Positions 18,555 through 29,272 are shown, counted from the first letter of the stretch. The stretch: DNA of 64,000 nucleotides from Candidatus Latescibacterota bacterium (GCA_965219995.1 CBDCOX010000002.1:3840001-3904000), one strand, 5' to 3'. A program made the numbers and translations. The notes: generated by a model from the letters alone, not told the origin.

Positions 18555-18748
18555 CGCTCCTTTGCGGAAGTCCCCCGCTCCAAAACCTTGACGCTCAGAT
18601 TCTCAATACCTATTATGCCTCTCCCGGATTGGATTTTCAAGCGGATTCGACGTGTCCGCTGGTTCGGCCGGGACGGCCCGGGACCAGGGGAGGCAAATAG
18701 GAACATTCGGACGCGCGCGCCTCCGCGCTTCGGAAAAGGAGACTGCTT

Positions 18749-19651
18749 ATGCGCCGTTTTAACCGAGAACCTTATCAGAAAGGGTCCGATGCCTCCGAGC
18801 GGGGCCAGGTCCGCGGAACGATCGAACTCGGAGAAACGCTCGTCATCGAGACGCCCGGCGGCGCCGACGGCGACCTCAAGCCCGGCGTCATCCCCGAAAC
18901 CACCACGCCGCGCGGCTCACGCCAGGGAGGCCCGTTTCTCATCGAGGGCATCGAACCCGGCGACTGGGTGTCCATCGAAGTGATCGACATCGAAGTCGGG
19001 CCGTACGGTTATTACAATAACGGCGGGCCGTTTCGCGGCAGCCTGCGCTCCGTCGCCCCCGTCAGGGACGGCCTCCTGCACTTCCCGCCGGACTTTGTGG
19101 TTCCCGTGCGGCCCATGATCGGCGTGATGCAGCTGGCGCCCGTCTCGGAACACCCGGGACCCTGGAACCACGGCGGCAACATGGACTACAATACCATCTG
19201 TCCAGGAAGTATTGTGCATATTCGTGCGCAGAAATACGGCGGTCACTTCTACGTGGGCGACGTCCACGCCCGCATGGGCGACGGCGAACTCACCGGCACC
19301 GGCGTGGAAATCGACTCGGCGCTCACGCTGCGGTTCGACCGCTCGCCGGGCTTTCCCGCGGGCGGGCCGGTCGTGGAAACCGCGGACGAGATCCTCACCA
19401 GCGGCATGGGCGCGAACTGGGAAGAAGCGCTGAAAATCGCCTGGAGCGACATGGTCGGCCTCGTCGCCGACCGTTACAACACCACCGTGGAACACGCCAA
19501 TCTCATTGTGGGCACCATCGGCGACGCGCGCCCGGGGTACGCCGCCGGTCAGCTGAATACCCGCGGATTCAGAAGGGACAACGCGTACGTAACCTGCCAG
19601 ATCGGCATCACGAAAGACCTGACGAGAACCGGACGGCCCTTCCAGCCGTAA
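18749..19651 (+). CDS. Acetamidase/formamidase family protein
   Basis: GPFLIEGIEPGD, PMIGV, HGGNMD, GDVHARMGDGELTGTGVE. Confidence 0.88.
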   Translation: MRRFNREPYQKGSDASERGQVRGTIELGETLVIETPGGADGDLKPGVIPETTTPRGSRQGGPFLIEGIEPGDWVSIEVIDIEVGPYGYYNNGGPFRGSLRSVAPVRDGLLHFPPDFVVPVRPMIGVMQLAPVSEHPGPWNHGGNMDYNTICPGSIVHIRAQKYGGHFYVGDVHARMGDGELTGTGVEIDSALTLRFDRSPGFPAGGPVVETADEILTSGMGANWEEALKIAWSDMVGLVADRYNTTVEHANLIVGTIGDARPGYAAGQLNTRGFRRDNAYVTCQIGITKDLTRTGRPFQP

Positions 19652-19685
19652 CCCTGCGCGACTTCGCATTCCAGAGGGCACCCCA

Positions 19686-21842
19686 ATGTTCCATCACGAT
19701 GAGTTCCCCGACAAGATCGTACATATCTCCGATGCTTCTTTCTTCGAAGCCCTGGATCCCGACCATCCCGGGCTCGGCGCGGTCCGGTCCGCCGCGGATT
19801 CAGGACGTTTCGACGATGCATTCGACGCATGGTGGCGGCATTTCCTGTCCCGGAGCACGCCCGTCAACCCGTTCGCGGGTTCCCTGGATGAACTCCGGCC
19901 GCGGGTCGCGTCCAACCGGGGCCTGGCCGATACCATACTCAACGGTGGACGGCGGCAATTCGGTCAGGTCGAAATCGACTTCTCCGGTCCCGTGGCGTTC
20001 AACGCGTGGTTCGGCGACCAGTCCAAATACGGTTTCCATTATCTCGGCTGGATGGAATGCCTGACGAGGGCCGCTTTGGACACCGGCGATGAACGCTACG
20101 TCGAGGCTTACCTGGAGGTCTTCCGCCAGTGGTACGCCGTGCGGCACGAAATCGTCGGGGCGCGCCGGATGCATCCGGTTTTCTACGAACTGGGCCTGTC
20201 GGGAAGAAGTCGTCGATTCCTGAATTTCCTTTCGGCTGTAAACCTTCTGGGCATGGGCGCCCTGCTCTCCGCTGACCACGTCCGTCGGTTCTTCAAGTCG
20301 TTCCTGGGCGCCGGTCGCTGGCTGACGCTGGAACAGGAGGCGAAAGGATACCGCGAGGGTAACTGGCAGGTGCATGGCATTTCGGCCATGCTGCTCATCG
20401 GTTTTCTCTTTCCTGAATTCAGTGAGTCGGAAGCCTTCCGTACCGTCGGCGCGCGCTACCTCGAGGAGCACATGGAGAAGGACTACTACGCCGACGGCGG
20501 GCACAGCGAACGCTGTTATTCCTATGGCAGCGGCTGCCTGCGCCATCTGGAAGAGGCCACCCTTCTGGCCGAGGCCAACCCGGAACTCGTGCCGCTCCGG
20601 ACCCTGGACTGGCGGGAACAAACGTCAAATGCCTACGCCTGGTTCCTCAAGATGGCCGGTCCCGGGGGTGAAATGCCTGGCATCAACGACGGCAGCTTCA
20701 TGGACGGGTCGGGACTCCTGAATCAGGCTTATGCCTTCACGGGCGACGCCGCGTTTCTTCGGCCCATCCGGCACAGACTGAATGCGAATGATCCAGCACC
20801 CCGGGAACCCGATTTCATGAGCGCGCGCCTGGAATCCAGTGAATTCTGCGTGATGCGCTCCGGCTGGGAACCCGACGACGCGTACCTGCTGGTCAACCAC
20901 GGCCAGTGGCCGGGCGGCCACAGCCACATGGGTATCCTGGACATCAACATGTATGCCTTCGGGGTTCCGCTCGCGGCCGAGGTCTCCCGGTTCGGACCCT
21001 ACGACGCTCCGTGGGATATGTACTTCCGGTCCGAACAGGCGCACAACCACGTGGTCATCGAAGGGGCGCCTTCCACCCGCCCCGATATTCGCGGCGAGCA
21101 GATTCAATTCGGCAGCACCGTATCCTGGGACTTCTTTTCCGGTCTGCACCGCGCTTACGAAGCCAGTGCGGGCGTTGTGATCGAACGCCGGATCCTGTTC
21201 ATCAAACCATGGGGCTTTCTCGTCTCCGACGCTGTCGCGTGTTCGCATCGCCGGAGAAGCGCGCTCTGGTATCTCCACAGCGTCTTCCCTTTCGCCACGC
21301 ATGGCGCCGTGGCCGCCGCCGAAGGCGATGAGGCCGGTCTCCTCGTTGCGCCCGCGAACCCCAGACAGCTCAAATACGCATACAGCGGCATAGATTATCT
21401 GGAAGAGATGGTAAGAGAAATCCCGGTGTACTCCGGCGATCCGCCCGCCGCCCCGTGGCCGGACCGGTATTTCATCGCCCTTCGAGGCTGGTGTGTCGAG
21501 GAGCCTGTCGTCCCGTTCGACGTCCTCCTGATGCCGTATCAGGGCGAGCGTCCCGAGGCGGCGGTTACTCCGCTGGCGTGCAAGATCGATGGAAACGCCA
21601 AATCTCCTGTACTGCCTCGCGCGCTGCAGATTGCCGCGGGGGACCATCACCTTCTCGTGATTCACGGCGCTCCAGGCGTCACAGTTACCGCTAACGACGT
21701 CTCCTTCTCGGGCCACGCGGCCGCCATCGAATATCGGGACGGCCGCCCCGCAAAGGCCTTCGTCCATCGCGGCGACAGCCTGTCGGTGATGGGAAGCAAC
21801 ATCCCGATCTCAAATCAGCCGACCCAGGAAATCGAGCTCTGA
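19686..21842 (+). CDS. Heparinase II/III-like polysaccharide lyase
   Basis: GNWQV, DGGHSERCYSY, P.INDG, VMRSGWEPDD.YL, GGHSH, SEQAHN.V. Confidence 0.8.
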   Translation: MFHHDEFPDKIVHISDASFFEALDPDHPGLGAVRSAADSGRFDDAFDAWWRHFLSRSTPVNPFAGSLDELRPRVASNRGLADTILNGGRRQFGQVEIDFSGPVAFNAWFGDQSKYGFHYLGWMECLTRAALDTGDERYVEAYLEVFRQWYAVRHEIVGARRMHPVFYELGLSGRSRRFLNFLSAVNLLGMGALLSADHVRRFFKSFLGAGRWLTLEQEAKGYREGNWQVHGISAMLLIGFLFPEFSESEAFRTVGARYLEEHMEKDYYADGGHSERCYSYGSGCLRHLEEATLLAEANPELVPLRTLDWREQTSNAYAWFLKMAGPGGEMPGINDGSFMDGSGLLNQAYAFTGDAAFLRPIRHRLNANDPAPREPDFMSARLESSEFCVMRSGWEPDDAYLLVNHGQWPGGHSHMGILDINMYAFGVPLAAEVSRFGPYDAPWDMYFRSEQAHNHVVIEGAPSTRPDIRGEQIQFGSTVSWDFFSGLHRAYEASAGVVIERRILFIKPWGFLVSDAVACSHRRRSALWYLHSVFPFATHGAVAAAEGDEAGLLVAPANPRQLKYAYSGIDYLEEMVREIPVYSGDPPAAPWPDRYFIALRGWCVEEPVVPFDVLLMPYQGERPEAAVTPLACKIDGNAKSPVLPRALQIAAGDHHLLVIHGAPGVTVTANDVSFSGHAAAIEYRDGRPAKAFVHRGDSLSVMGSNIPISNQPTQEIEL

Positions 21843-21918
21843 TTCAGGACGGAATCCAGGTACACGCCGAAGGAATCTGCCGGCTGCGCGCCTGGGCCCG
21901 TCCAGCGAGGTACGCCCT

Positions 21919-23502
21919 ATGCCGCAACCACGCATGATGTTCTACCACGACGGGCGTCACCCCCTCATCTATATGTACGAGCCTCCCATCCAGAAGGAGG
22001 AATTCGAAGCCGGCGTGGACGAATTGGCGGGAACTCCCGTGGACGCCATCATGTTCTGCCTGGGCGACGGGCGCACGTTCCTCCACGACACGAAAGTCGG
22101 AGAGGTCTGGGGCCACAACGTGGAGAAATGGTCCCATCTCATCTTCGACAGGGCCAGCCGGAACGCCCGGCATCTCATCCGCGAAGGACACGATCCGCTC
22201 CGTCTGATCTGCGATCGGGCCCACGAAAAGGGCATGCTGGTCTACCCCACGCTCCTCGTGCAGCAGGGTCGCGGGGGCCGGGACGAGGACGTGCGGTGCT
22301 CCGATTTCCGGTTCGAGAACACCCATCTCGAAATCGGCGCGAAAGGCGACCTGGACGACGACTTTCCCGGTCTGACCTGCCTCGACTTCAGTCATGCGGA
22401 GGTCAGGGAAGAACGGTTCGCCGTCATCGAAGAGACGCTGAACGCGTACCCCGTCGACGGCTTCGAGCTTCAACTCAACTACACGCCGGTTTATTTCCAC
22501 CCGGACGCGGCCGAAGAAGGCCGGGAGATCATGACCGGGTGGATCGGACGCGTCCACCGTGCCGTAAAATGCAGCGGTCCTGAACGCGAACTGGCTCTGC
22601 GTATTCCGGCCGGCATCGAGGGTTGTCTCGCGGTGGGGCTGGATGTGCGGGAATGGCTCCGGCGGGGGATCGTGGACGTGCTCATCGGTCAGACCTTCTC
22701 TACCCCGGAACTGCTCGACTCAACCGTCGATTTCCGCCCTCTGGTCGAAGCCGCGGGAGAAACGGGTTGCCGGGTCCACGCCGCGGTGCACAGCCACGTG
22801 GACTCCGACCGGCTGGCCGAAGCACCCATCGAAATGATCCGGGGAGCGGCCTGCAACGCCTGGGCCCAGGGGGTTGACGGCCTGTACCTTGCGCACTGGT
22901 TCGGCAACTGGCCCTATCAGGCGTCTTTCTACGAGAAGCTGCGGGAACTGCCCCATCCGGACGTCATGGCCCCGAAGGACAAACACTACTATGTTCCCAC
23001 CGAGACCGGGCGGTACCCCAGGCCCGTCACCGAACCCGGCGTTTCCATGGGTCTGCCCGCCGCCCTGGATGTGGATAAACCGGCGCGCGTGATCATCCGG
23101 ATGAGCGACGACCTCCCGCACTGGGACGAAACCGGACGGGTGCACGACGTTGCGCTTCGCGTACGAATCATGAACACCACCGAACGGGACCGGTTTCGCT
23201 TCCGTCTCAACGGCAAAGACCTTCCGGACGCACAAATGCGTAGGATCAATGAGATGTACCGAATGAGCGCACCGCGATATCGGACCGGCTCCGGCTACTG
23301 GTACGTATTCCGGCCGGACCGGACAAACTGGCCGCGCCAGGGCGAGAACAAGCTGCAGGTTTATTTGCTCAAACGAGATCCGGACGTCACACCGGACGTA
23401 TACATCCGCGACGTGGAACTGGAGATCAGGTACCTGATGGGGAGGAGCTTTCACCGAACGAACGATCCGGACCTGGGCCCCTTCGAACCTTCGGGGGAGT
23501 GA
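21919..23502 (+). CDS. Uncharacterised glycoside-hydrolase-like TIM-barrel protein (paralogue 1)
   Basis: MFYHDGRH, GHDPL, LDFSHAEVRE, YPVDGFEL, GLDVREWLRRGIVDVL, GVDGLY. Motifs shared with two other ORFs in the window. Confidence 0.65.
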   Translation: MPQPRMMFYHDGRHPLIYMYEPPIQKEEFEAGVDELAGTPVDAIMFCLGDGRTFLHDTKVGEVWGHNVEKWSHLIFDRASRNARHLIREGHDPLRLICDRAHEKGMLVYPTLLVQQGRGGRDEDVRCSDFRFENTHLEIGAKGDLDDDFPGLTCLDFSHAEVREERFAVIEETLNAYPVDGFELQLNYTPVYFHPDAAEEGREIMTGWIGRVHRAVKCSGPERELALRIPAGIEGCLAVGLDVREWLRRGIVDVLIGQTFSTPELLDSTVDFRPLVEAAGETGCRVHAAVHSHVDSDRLAEAPIEMIRGAACNAWAQGVDGLYLAHWFGNWPYQASFYEKLRELPHPDVMAPKDKHYYVPTETGRYPRPVTEPGVSMGLPAALDVDKPARVIIRMSDDLPHWDETGRVHDVALRVRIMNTTERDRFRFRLNGKDLPDAQMRRINEMYRMSAPRYRTGSGYWYVFRPDRTNWPRQGENKLQVYLLKRDPDVTPDVYIRDVELEIRYLMGRSFHRTNDPDLGPFEPSGE

Positions 23503-23565
23503 TCGCGCCGGATCAATTCCGTTGGATCATGAGAGACATCGTCGGGCCGGAGGGAAACGTCAGCG

Positions 23566-25014
23566 ATGAGAAAACAACGCACGATCTACTTCAACGACGC
23601 CCGCCACTACTATCTATTCGTCTTCGAACCGCCGATGCGGCTGGAAGACGCCCGGGTGCCTGTAGACGAAGTGGCCGGCACGGCCGTGGACACCTTCGTC
23701 TACGGCGTGTCCCGTGCGGACGGTCTCTTTTATCCCTCGAAGATCGGCCTTATGTTCGGCGACGATCTGCGACCATTCCAGCATGTCCACGAGTGGCGCG
23801 CCTGGGAGAATATGCAAAGCCTCATCGCCCGCGGCCTCGACCCTCTGACCGTCCTGGTCGACCGCGCCCGCGAAAAGGGCATGGACTTCATCGCCAGCCT
23901 GCGGATGGGCAGCTACGGCGGCATGGCCCCGGAACACGCGCTAAACACCGGGGGGCGGGGCTTCGTCCATCCCGAAGTGCGCGACCATCAGCAGGCCGTG
24001 CTGGAAGAACTCGCCACGAGGTATGACGTAGAAGGCGTGGAACTGGATTTCGCGGCCTCCCCCGGCGGAAGTCCTTTCTGGCTGAGGCCCGAAGACGTGT
24101 CCGAATACACGCCGGTGATGACGGATTTCGTAAGAGAAACCGCCGAAATCGTCCGGGGCCGGCCGGGCGGTCCTGCCCTGATCGGCGCCCGCGTCTACCC
24201 CACCGAAGAACTGAACCTGAAGACAGGGCTTGACGTGCGAACCTGGCTTCGGGAAGGGCTGGTCGACTACGTGGTTCCCATGCTTTACGTCGATTTCGTA
24301 CTGGACGCCGATATGCCGGTCGGCTGGCTCGTACAGGCCGCCCACGACCGCGATATCTCCGTCTACGGCATGCTTCAACCCTACTGCAGCGACGAGAGCC
24401 GGCGGTTCAATACGGCCGGGAACGCGACCCCCGCCATGATGCGCGCGGCCGCCGCGAATTTCCTGGAACTGGACGTCGACGGCCTGTACACGTGGTTTCT
24501 GCCCTGGCCCCTGGACGAATCCGGCCGCAGTCTGCTCACGCAGCTGGGCGATCCCGATCTGATCCGGGAAGCCGACAAACACTACTTCCTGCGCCGTCGC
24601 TGCGAGGCCGCGGCCGAATTCGACTATGGCGCCTTTCTACCCCTCGAAATCCCCTCGCCGGATACCGGGAAGTTTCGCCGGATACCCTTCTCCATCGCGG
24701 ACGACCCCGAAAATGACCGAATACGTAGCATCCGCCTTCGGATGGGCGTCAGCAATCTCGTATCGGCCGACCGGCTGGAGATCCGGTTGAATGGCGCCGG
24801 GCTGGACGCCGGGTCCTGCCGCCGTTCGCCGATCCGGTCCCGGGACCCGTACGCGGGACAACTCCTGGAGTTCGACCTGGAAAATGTACGTCCCCGGAAG
24901 GGCCGGAATGCGCTCGAAATATCCCTGCTAGAAAGGCCTCCAGGTTTCGAAGGAGGAATCGTGATTGAAGACGTGGAAATCCTCGTCGAGTACGGGACGT
25001 ATTCATCGCGATAA
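23566..25014 (+). CDS. Uncharacterised glycoside-hydrolase-like TIM-barrel protein (paralogue 2)
   Basis: IYFNDARH, GLDPL, FIASLRM, YDVEGVELDF, GLDVRTWLREGLVDYV, DVDGLY. Confidence 0.65.
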   Translation: MRKQRTIYFNDARHYYLFVFEPPMRLEDARVPVDEVAGTAVDTFVYGVSRADGLFYPSKIGLMFGDDLRPFQHVHEWRAWENMQSLIARGLDPLTVLVDRAREKGMDFIASLRMGSYGGMAPEHALNTGGRGFVHPEVRDHQQAVLEELATRYDVEGVELDFAASPGGSPFWLRPEDVSEYTPVMTDFVRETAEIVRGRPGGPALIGARVYPTEELNLKTGLDVRTWLREGLVDYVVPMLYVDFVLDADMPVGWLVQAAHDRDISVYGMLQPYCSDESRRFNTAGNATPAMMRAAAANFLELDVDGLYTWFLPWPLDESGRSLLTQLGDPDLIREADKHYFLRRRCEAAAEFDYGAFLPLEIPSPDTGKFRRIPFSIADDPENDRIRSIRLRMGVSNLVSADRLEIRLNGAGLDAGSCRRSPIRSRDPYAGQLLEFDLENVRPRKGRNALEISLLERPPGFEGGIVIEDVEILVEYGTYSSR

Positions 25015-25078
25015 TGCAGATGATCTGTATTCTCCGGGATAGGATCGACAAGCAGATCAAATAAAAGGAGTCGACGGC

Positions 25079-25534
25079 ATGAACGTCGGAATGAAAGGGA
25101 CATGGATTGTGCGTAAATCTGTTCTGGTTCCTGTGGTACTGTCTGTGCTCATTGCACCGGCAGGACCAAATGACAGTTCCCATGTTGTCCTATCGGCAAT
25201 GCCGGAAACGCTGGTCGTATCAAGTTCGAAAGGAACTGATCGCACAGTACTTTCACCTCAAGAACGACAGGAATTCCGGGTTATCGTTGTCAAAGACGGG
25301 AAATCGTACAATTGGGCGAGTCGGGATAACAGAGAGTTGGCATATAACAGAAGCGGTCATTTCCATTACTTTACGGATGCAGATGGCGGGGGAGTTATTA
25401 AGGTGTTTGATCCTCAAGAAGCTGCGAAGGATGGGATTATTCAGGACTCGACAAGCACACAATTTTTCGAAAGTGTCTCTTTAGGGCTCGTCACCTATAC
25501 ATACTGGGGTATAGTTTCTGAGTTTAATCCATAA
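25079..25534 (+). CDS. Hypothetical, probably exported protein
   Basis: 151-aa ORF with an AAAAGGAG RBS and a hydrophobic N-terminal stretch, in AT-richer sequence. Confidence 0.65.
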   Translation: MNVGMKGTWIVRKSVLVPVVLSVLIAPAGPNDSSHVVLSAMPETLVVSSSKGTDRTVLSPQERQEFRVIVVKDGKSYNWASRDNRELAYNRSGHFHYFTDADGGGVIKVFDPQEAAKDGIIQDSTSTQFFESVSLGLVTYTYWGIVSEFNP

Positions 25535-25572
25535 CAAGATCGAATTGTCAATCGAAGGGATTCACTAAAGCT

Positions 25573-26741
25573 ATGTTCAAGATTTCTATTTTGGTTCTGA
25601 TCTTGGTTGTGCTGATCTTGCGTGTTGGTGCAAGTGAGGATATGGATGCTGAAGCAATAATTGGGCAACTCAAAGGTTCGAATGAATGGGAAGAATCCAG
25701 CGTTTGGGTAAAAAAGGTCTGCAACCGAGGTTTTGATTCACTTCGAATCACGTCAGAGGGGAAGAAACTAAATGACGTCCTTAGCAATAACAAAGATTTA
25801 TTGGTTTGCGTTATATATCTGAAACACGGCGAGGGATATTTTGGTGAGAGATTGAGGGAAGTTCTCGATGAGTCTGGAAGTCTCTTGAGTCAGGATAACG
25901 GCCACGATGAGGTCTTGAAGCGTGCCGAAATTGGGGACGGTAAGACACAATATTTACAGGGCTATATGATGTTTTTTTAAATGCTCCGAGAGAAGGGCGT
26001 GAATGGATCTTACGTTCCGCAAAATCGGGGTATGTGCCTGCTATGATATTTCTTTCGGGAGGCGACGATGCGGACAAACAATGGTTAGAACGGGCCGCGA
26101 GAAAGGGAAGTGCAGAAGCGGCAAGGAGGCTGGCAGGTCACTATCGGTGGGTTGGCAAAGACAATCATAACGCGTACTTCTGGTACGAGTCGGCGGCGGG
26201 ATATGGGGATCGGTGCGCCAAGAGGGAACTTGGAGATATATATAATTCAGGCTTGTTGGGTCGCATTGAGAATCGAAGCTCGGCAGCCCATTGGTATCGG
26301 CTTGCGGCAGACGAATTGGATGTGGAGGCCTCCTTTAAATTGGGCAGAATGTACGAAAAAGGCATTGGTGTTCTCCAGGATTACGAACAGGCAATTCTTC
26401 TGTATAAATATGCGGCTCACATGGGGCATGTCGGAGCTATGTATTGGATTGGAAGGATGCACGAAGATGGTAAGGTGCACAAAAGAGACGTTGTTCGCGC
26501 GCATACATACTTCAATTTGGCGGCAAGTTTAAAGGATTTAGTGATTCTGGAGTCGGAGGGTTTCGGGGGATTAGGCTTTTGGGATCTTGGGGTTAAGGAC
26601 GAAGATATTATAGCTGCACGGAAACAAGTGGAACGGCTTATGTCCAGGGATCAGATATTGGATGCACAACAACTCGCGAAAGATTGGTATCCAGTGATAA
26701 GGGATTCACACAAAGTGTATGTGAAACGAGGGTGCAATTGA
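25573..26741 (+). pseudogene. Sel1-repeat exported protein split by a -1 frameshift at a T7 tract (25972-25978)
   Basis: ORF1 has a signal peptide and ends KRAEIGDGKTQYLQGYMMFF*. The -1 frame continues LNAPREGREWILRSAKSGYVPAMIFL into ORF2 with several Sel1 repeats (ASFKLGRMYEKGIGVLQDYEQA). Confidence 0.75.
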
Positions 26742-26825
26742 CTAATTCGCAGGGGTTTTGCGCGCTGAAGACTTGAAACATCCGACTACGGAGTTTGCGG
26801 ACGACGTGAAGATGGGCGATGAAAT

Positions 26826-26912
26826 CCCCCCACCGCATCAGCCGTCGCCGGCCCTTCGACAAGCTCAGGGATCGGCTTGGCTTCTGCGACTCCCCCTCAA
26901 GGGGGGAGTGAT
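26826..26912. repeat. Clustered REP-like elements
   Basis: CCCTTCGACAAGCTCAGGG (26852-26870, identical copy at 60002-60020) next to the hairpin ACTCCCCCTCAAGGGGGGAGT. Confidence 0.65.
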
Positions 26913-27060
26913 TGGACCGTTGAAAGGGGCGCGCATTTTCGCTTCTGCCTATCGGGTTTCTGCTGAACACAGCGAAGCCGCGCGAGGTTCAACGGCATGT
27001 GATACTTTTTTCCAACATGCCGCTCCGAACCGAATCCTCGGCTTTGGATCGGACGTTTCC

Positions 27061-27645
27061 TCAGTCCCCTTCAAGCAGTCCCCCGGCACGCAGCACCCGC
27101 CAGAACGCGTAGTCGGCCGCGTTCACGATGGTATTTTCGAGGCTCCGCACCACCAGTTCTCCTTCCCCTGAATGCCCGCCGGCAATATGCGCAACGGCTT
27201 CGGGCAACCCCACGCTCAGACATACGTGGACACCGTAGGCCGGATGCCGTATGGACGGCCACCCTGCCGCGCCCGGCGCGCGCTTCCAGCGGGCCTGGTT
27301 TTCCGGATCGAATTCCCAGGGCTTGCCGACGTCGTGGCACAACGCGCCGGCAATGAGAACATCGCGGTTCACCTTCAGGTTAGGAAACATCGAGACGAGT
27401 TCATCTGCCATCCGCATCGCCAGGCGGGTCACCCCGCGGATGTGGTCGGTCTGCGTCCCCTTCTTCAGCGGCGGCGTATCCGGGTTCCCGGATGGCCGGA
27501 TCCCGGCGATGGATTCGAAACTGCTGCCCGCAAGCGCTGTCGCCCATGCCTCGATGACCTTCTCCCGCAACGAGGCGTCGACGATTTCCCGTGCTTCCGG
27601 CAATTCGGTGCGGACCCTTTCTCGCAATGAATCGGTTTCGGCCAT
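27061..27645 (-). CDS. HD-domain phosphohydrolase
   Basis: DHIRGV, LIAGALCHDVGK, RHPAYG, HIAGGHS, VNAAD. Confidence 0.88.
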   Translation of the reverse strand: MAETDSLRERVRTELPEAREIVDASLREKVIEAWATALAGSSFESIAGIRPSGNPDTPPLKKGTQTDHIRGVTRLAMRMADELVSMFPNLKVNRDVLIAGALCHDVGKPWEFDPENQARWKRAPGAAGWPSIRHPAYGVHVCLSVGLPEAVAHIAGGHSGEGELVVRSLENTIVNAADYAFWRVLRAGGLLEGD

Positions 27646-27688
27646 TGCATCTCCCTTCAGTCCCAGTGTTCGGCGGTATCCCGTGGGG

Positions 27689-29272
27689 TCAATACCGGAC
27701 GACCAGTTCCACGTCCGTCAGGACGATGTCGCAAGCCAGTTGCGGATGGCGTTCAATCAGTCCGACATTGACCGTATGTATCCCCTGTCCGACGTCTGAG
27801 GGACGCAGCGGGAAGCACAACCACGCCGCCCGGCTCACGTCGGAAATGAGGCGGATGCCCGGTGGAGGCTGGAATGCGCCGCCGGGAGGATTGGTGTTGT
27901 CCATCGCGCAATAGCGGGTTTCAGGGTCTTTCAGTTCCCGCCCGTCCCAGACGACGCAGACCTTGTCGCCGACCACCCACTGATCGAGCCGGACGCGGAG
28001 TTCCAGGTGTGACGCGCCGTCTGCTTCGACGTCATCGGCGATGTCCAGGGTGATGGCCGGCATTTCGCCCGTTACGGTTTTTTTCAGGGCCACCGGCACT
28101 TCTCCCAGGATCCGGTCGATGCGGTAGGCGCCGCGCCACGGTCCCTCTTTCTGGATGAACCGGTGCGTGGCCGCGTAGATCTTGTCGGTGCGGTGAAGCG
28201 TATCGGGCGAGGCGATCTGCGATAGCAACTCCCTCTTCATGTCCCGGTTGGCGTGCCAGTTGAACGTGTAAATGCCGTCGGCGCCGGCTCGATGGTACCG
28301 GGAGGCGATCGCCCGGGTGCGCATTCGATCTTTGATGTCAGGCGTTTCCGGGCCGACGAACGGGTCGGGCAATCCGCTGTCGAATCCCGCGTACACGGCG
28401 ATCCCCCTGTCCCGGCACATCTCCACGAACGCGGCCACCTCCAGGGACGCGTCGGTGACCGCGCCTCCTCCCAGAATCAGGATGTCCACCAGCCCCTCCT
28501 CGATCCACACCGGAATGTCGTAGCCGATTCGGCGGCACATCTCCTGCGAACCGGCCACGCGCGCCGCCAGATGGAATGGCCTTCCTCGCCGCTTTGCGAC
28601 GTCGTCCGTCAGCTGCCGGACCCGGCGCTGGAGGTCGGTGAGCACGTACCGCAGCCGGTAAGCCTCGTCTTCGGGAAGGTGGAATGCGTGCCGCTGCCAG
28701 TCCAGTTCCACGCCGTCCCAGTCGTAGCGCGTAACGACCTCTTCGATGTGGGTAAACCGGTGCTCGCGGACTTCGGGGACAGCCATATTCCACGAGAGCG
28801 CGAACCATTCCGACGTCTGGTCGCCCAGCACCCACTCCGGGTGTTCCCGCCGCATCCCCGTCAGCTCCGAGTGGTGGAGCGTGGGGAGGTCTTCCAACTG
28901 CGCCCCGTCGAAGTGGTTGTCGTTCATGCGCACGGATGCGTAGACGGCCATACCCAGGGCGCGGCCGTGTTCGATCAGCGAGACATGCGGGTCCTCCCCC
29001 CGCTCGAGCATCCGGCGGATGTTTTCGGTGTGGGTATAGGCCGAGACGTTTTCGTACCGCCGCCCGTGAACGTCCCCAAGCATTTCCAGCGCGGAATCCG
29101 GCCAGCGTGCGGCGTGCTCGCCGATGCACCAGAACAGCGCCCCCACCTGCGTGTCTTCGAGAGGCCCGTAGGTCTTCTCGAGAAACGCGTCCATGGATTG
29201 CGGCGCCTCGGAATAACCGTGCGGCGCCCCGTCCCAGTTGTAGATGATCCCGTAGTCGAAGGGTCCGGACAT
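27689..29272 (-). CDS. Uncharacterised glycoside-hydrolase-like TIM-barrel protein (paralogue 3)
   Basis: IIYNWDG, GEDP, YASVRMNDNH, WNMAVPEVRE, YDWDGVELDWQR, GYDIPVWIEEGLVDIL, GADGIYTFN. CAGGAGG RBS. Confidence 0.68.
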   Translation of the reverse strand: MSGPFDYGIIYNWDGAPHGYSEAPQSMDAFLEKTYGPLEDTQVGALFWCIGEHAARWPDSALEMLGDVHGRRYENVSAYTHTENIRRMLERGEDPHVSLIEHGRALGMAVYASVRMNDNHFDGAQLEDLPTLHHSELTGMRREHPEWVLGDQTSEWFALSWNMAVPEVREHRFTHIEEVVTRYDWDGVELDWQRHAFHLPEDEAYRLRYVLTDLQRRVRQLTDDVAKRRGRPFHLAARVAGSQEMCRRIGYDIPVWIEEGLVDILILGGGAVTDASLEVAAFVEMCRDRGIAVYAGFDSGLPDPFVGPETPDIKDRMRTRAIASRYHRAGADGIYTFNWHANRDMKRELLSQIASPDTLHRTDKIYAATHRFIQKEGPWRGAYRIDRILGEVPVALKKTVTGEMPAITLDIADDVEADGASHLELRVRLDQWVVGDKVCVVWDGRELKDPETRYCAMDNTNPPGGAFQPPPGIRLISDVSRAAWLCFPLRPSDVGQGIHTVNVGLIERHPQLACDIVLTDVELVVRY

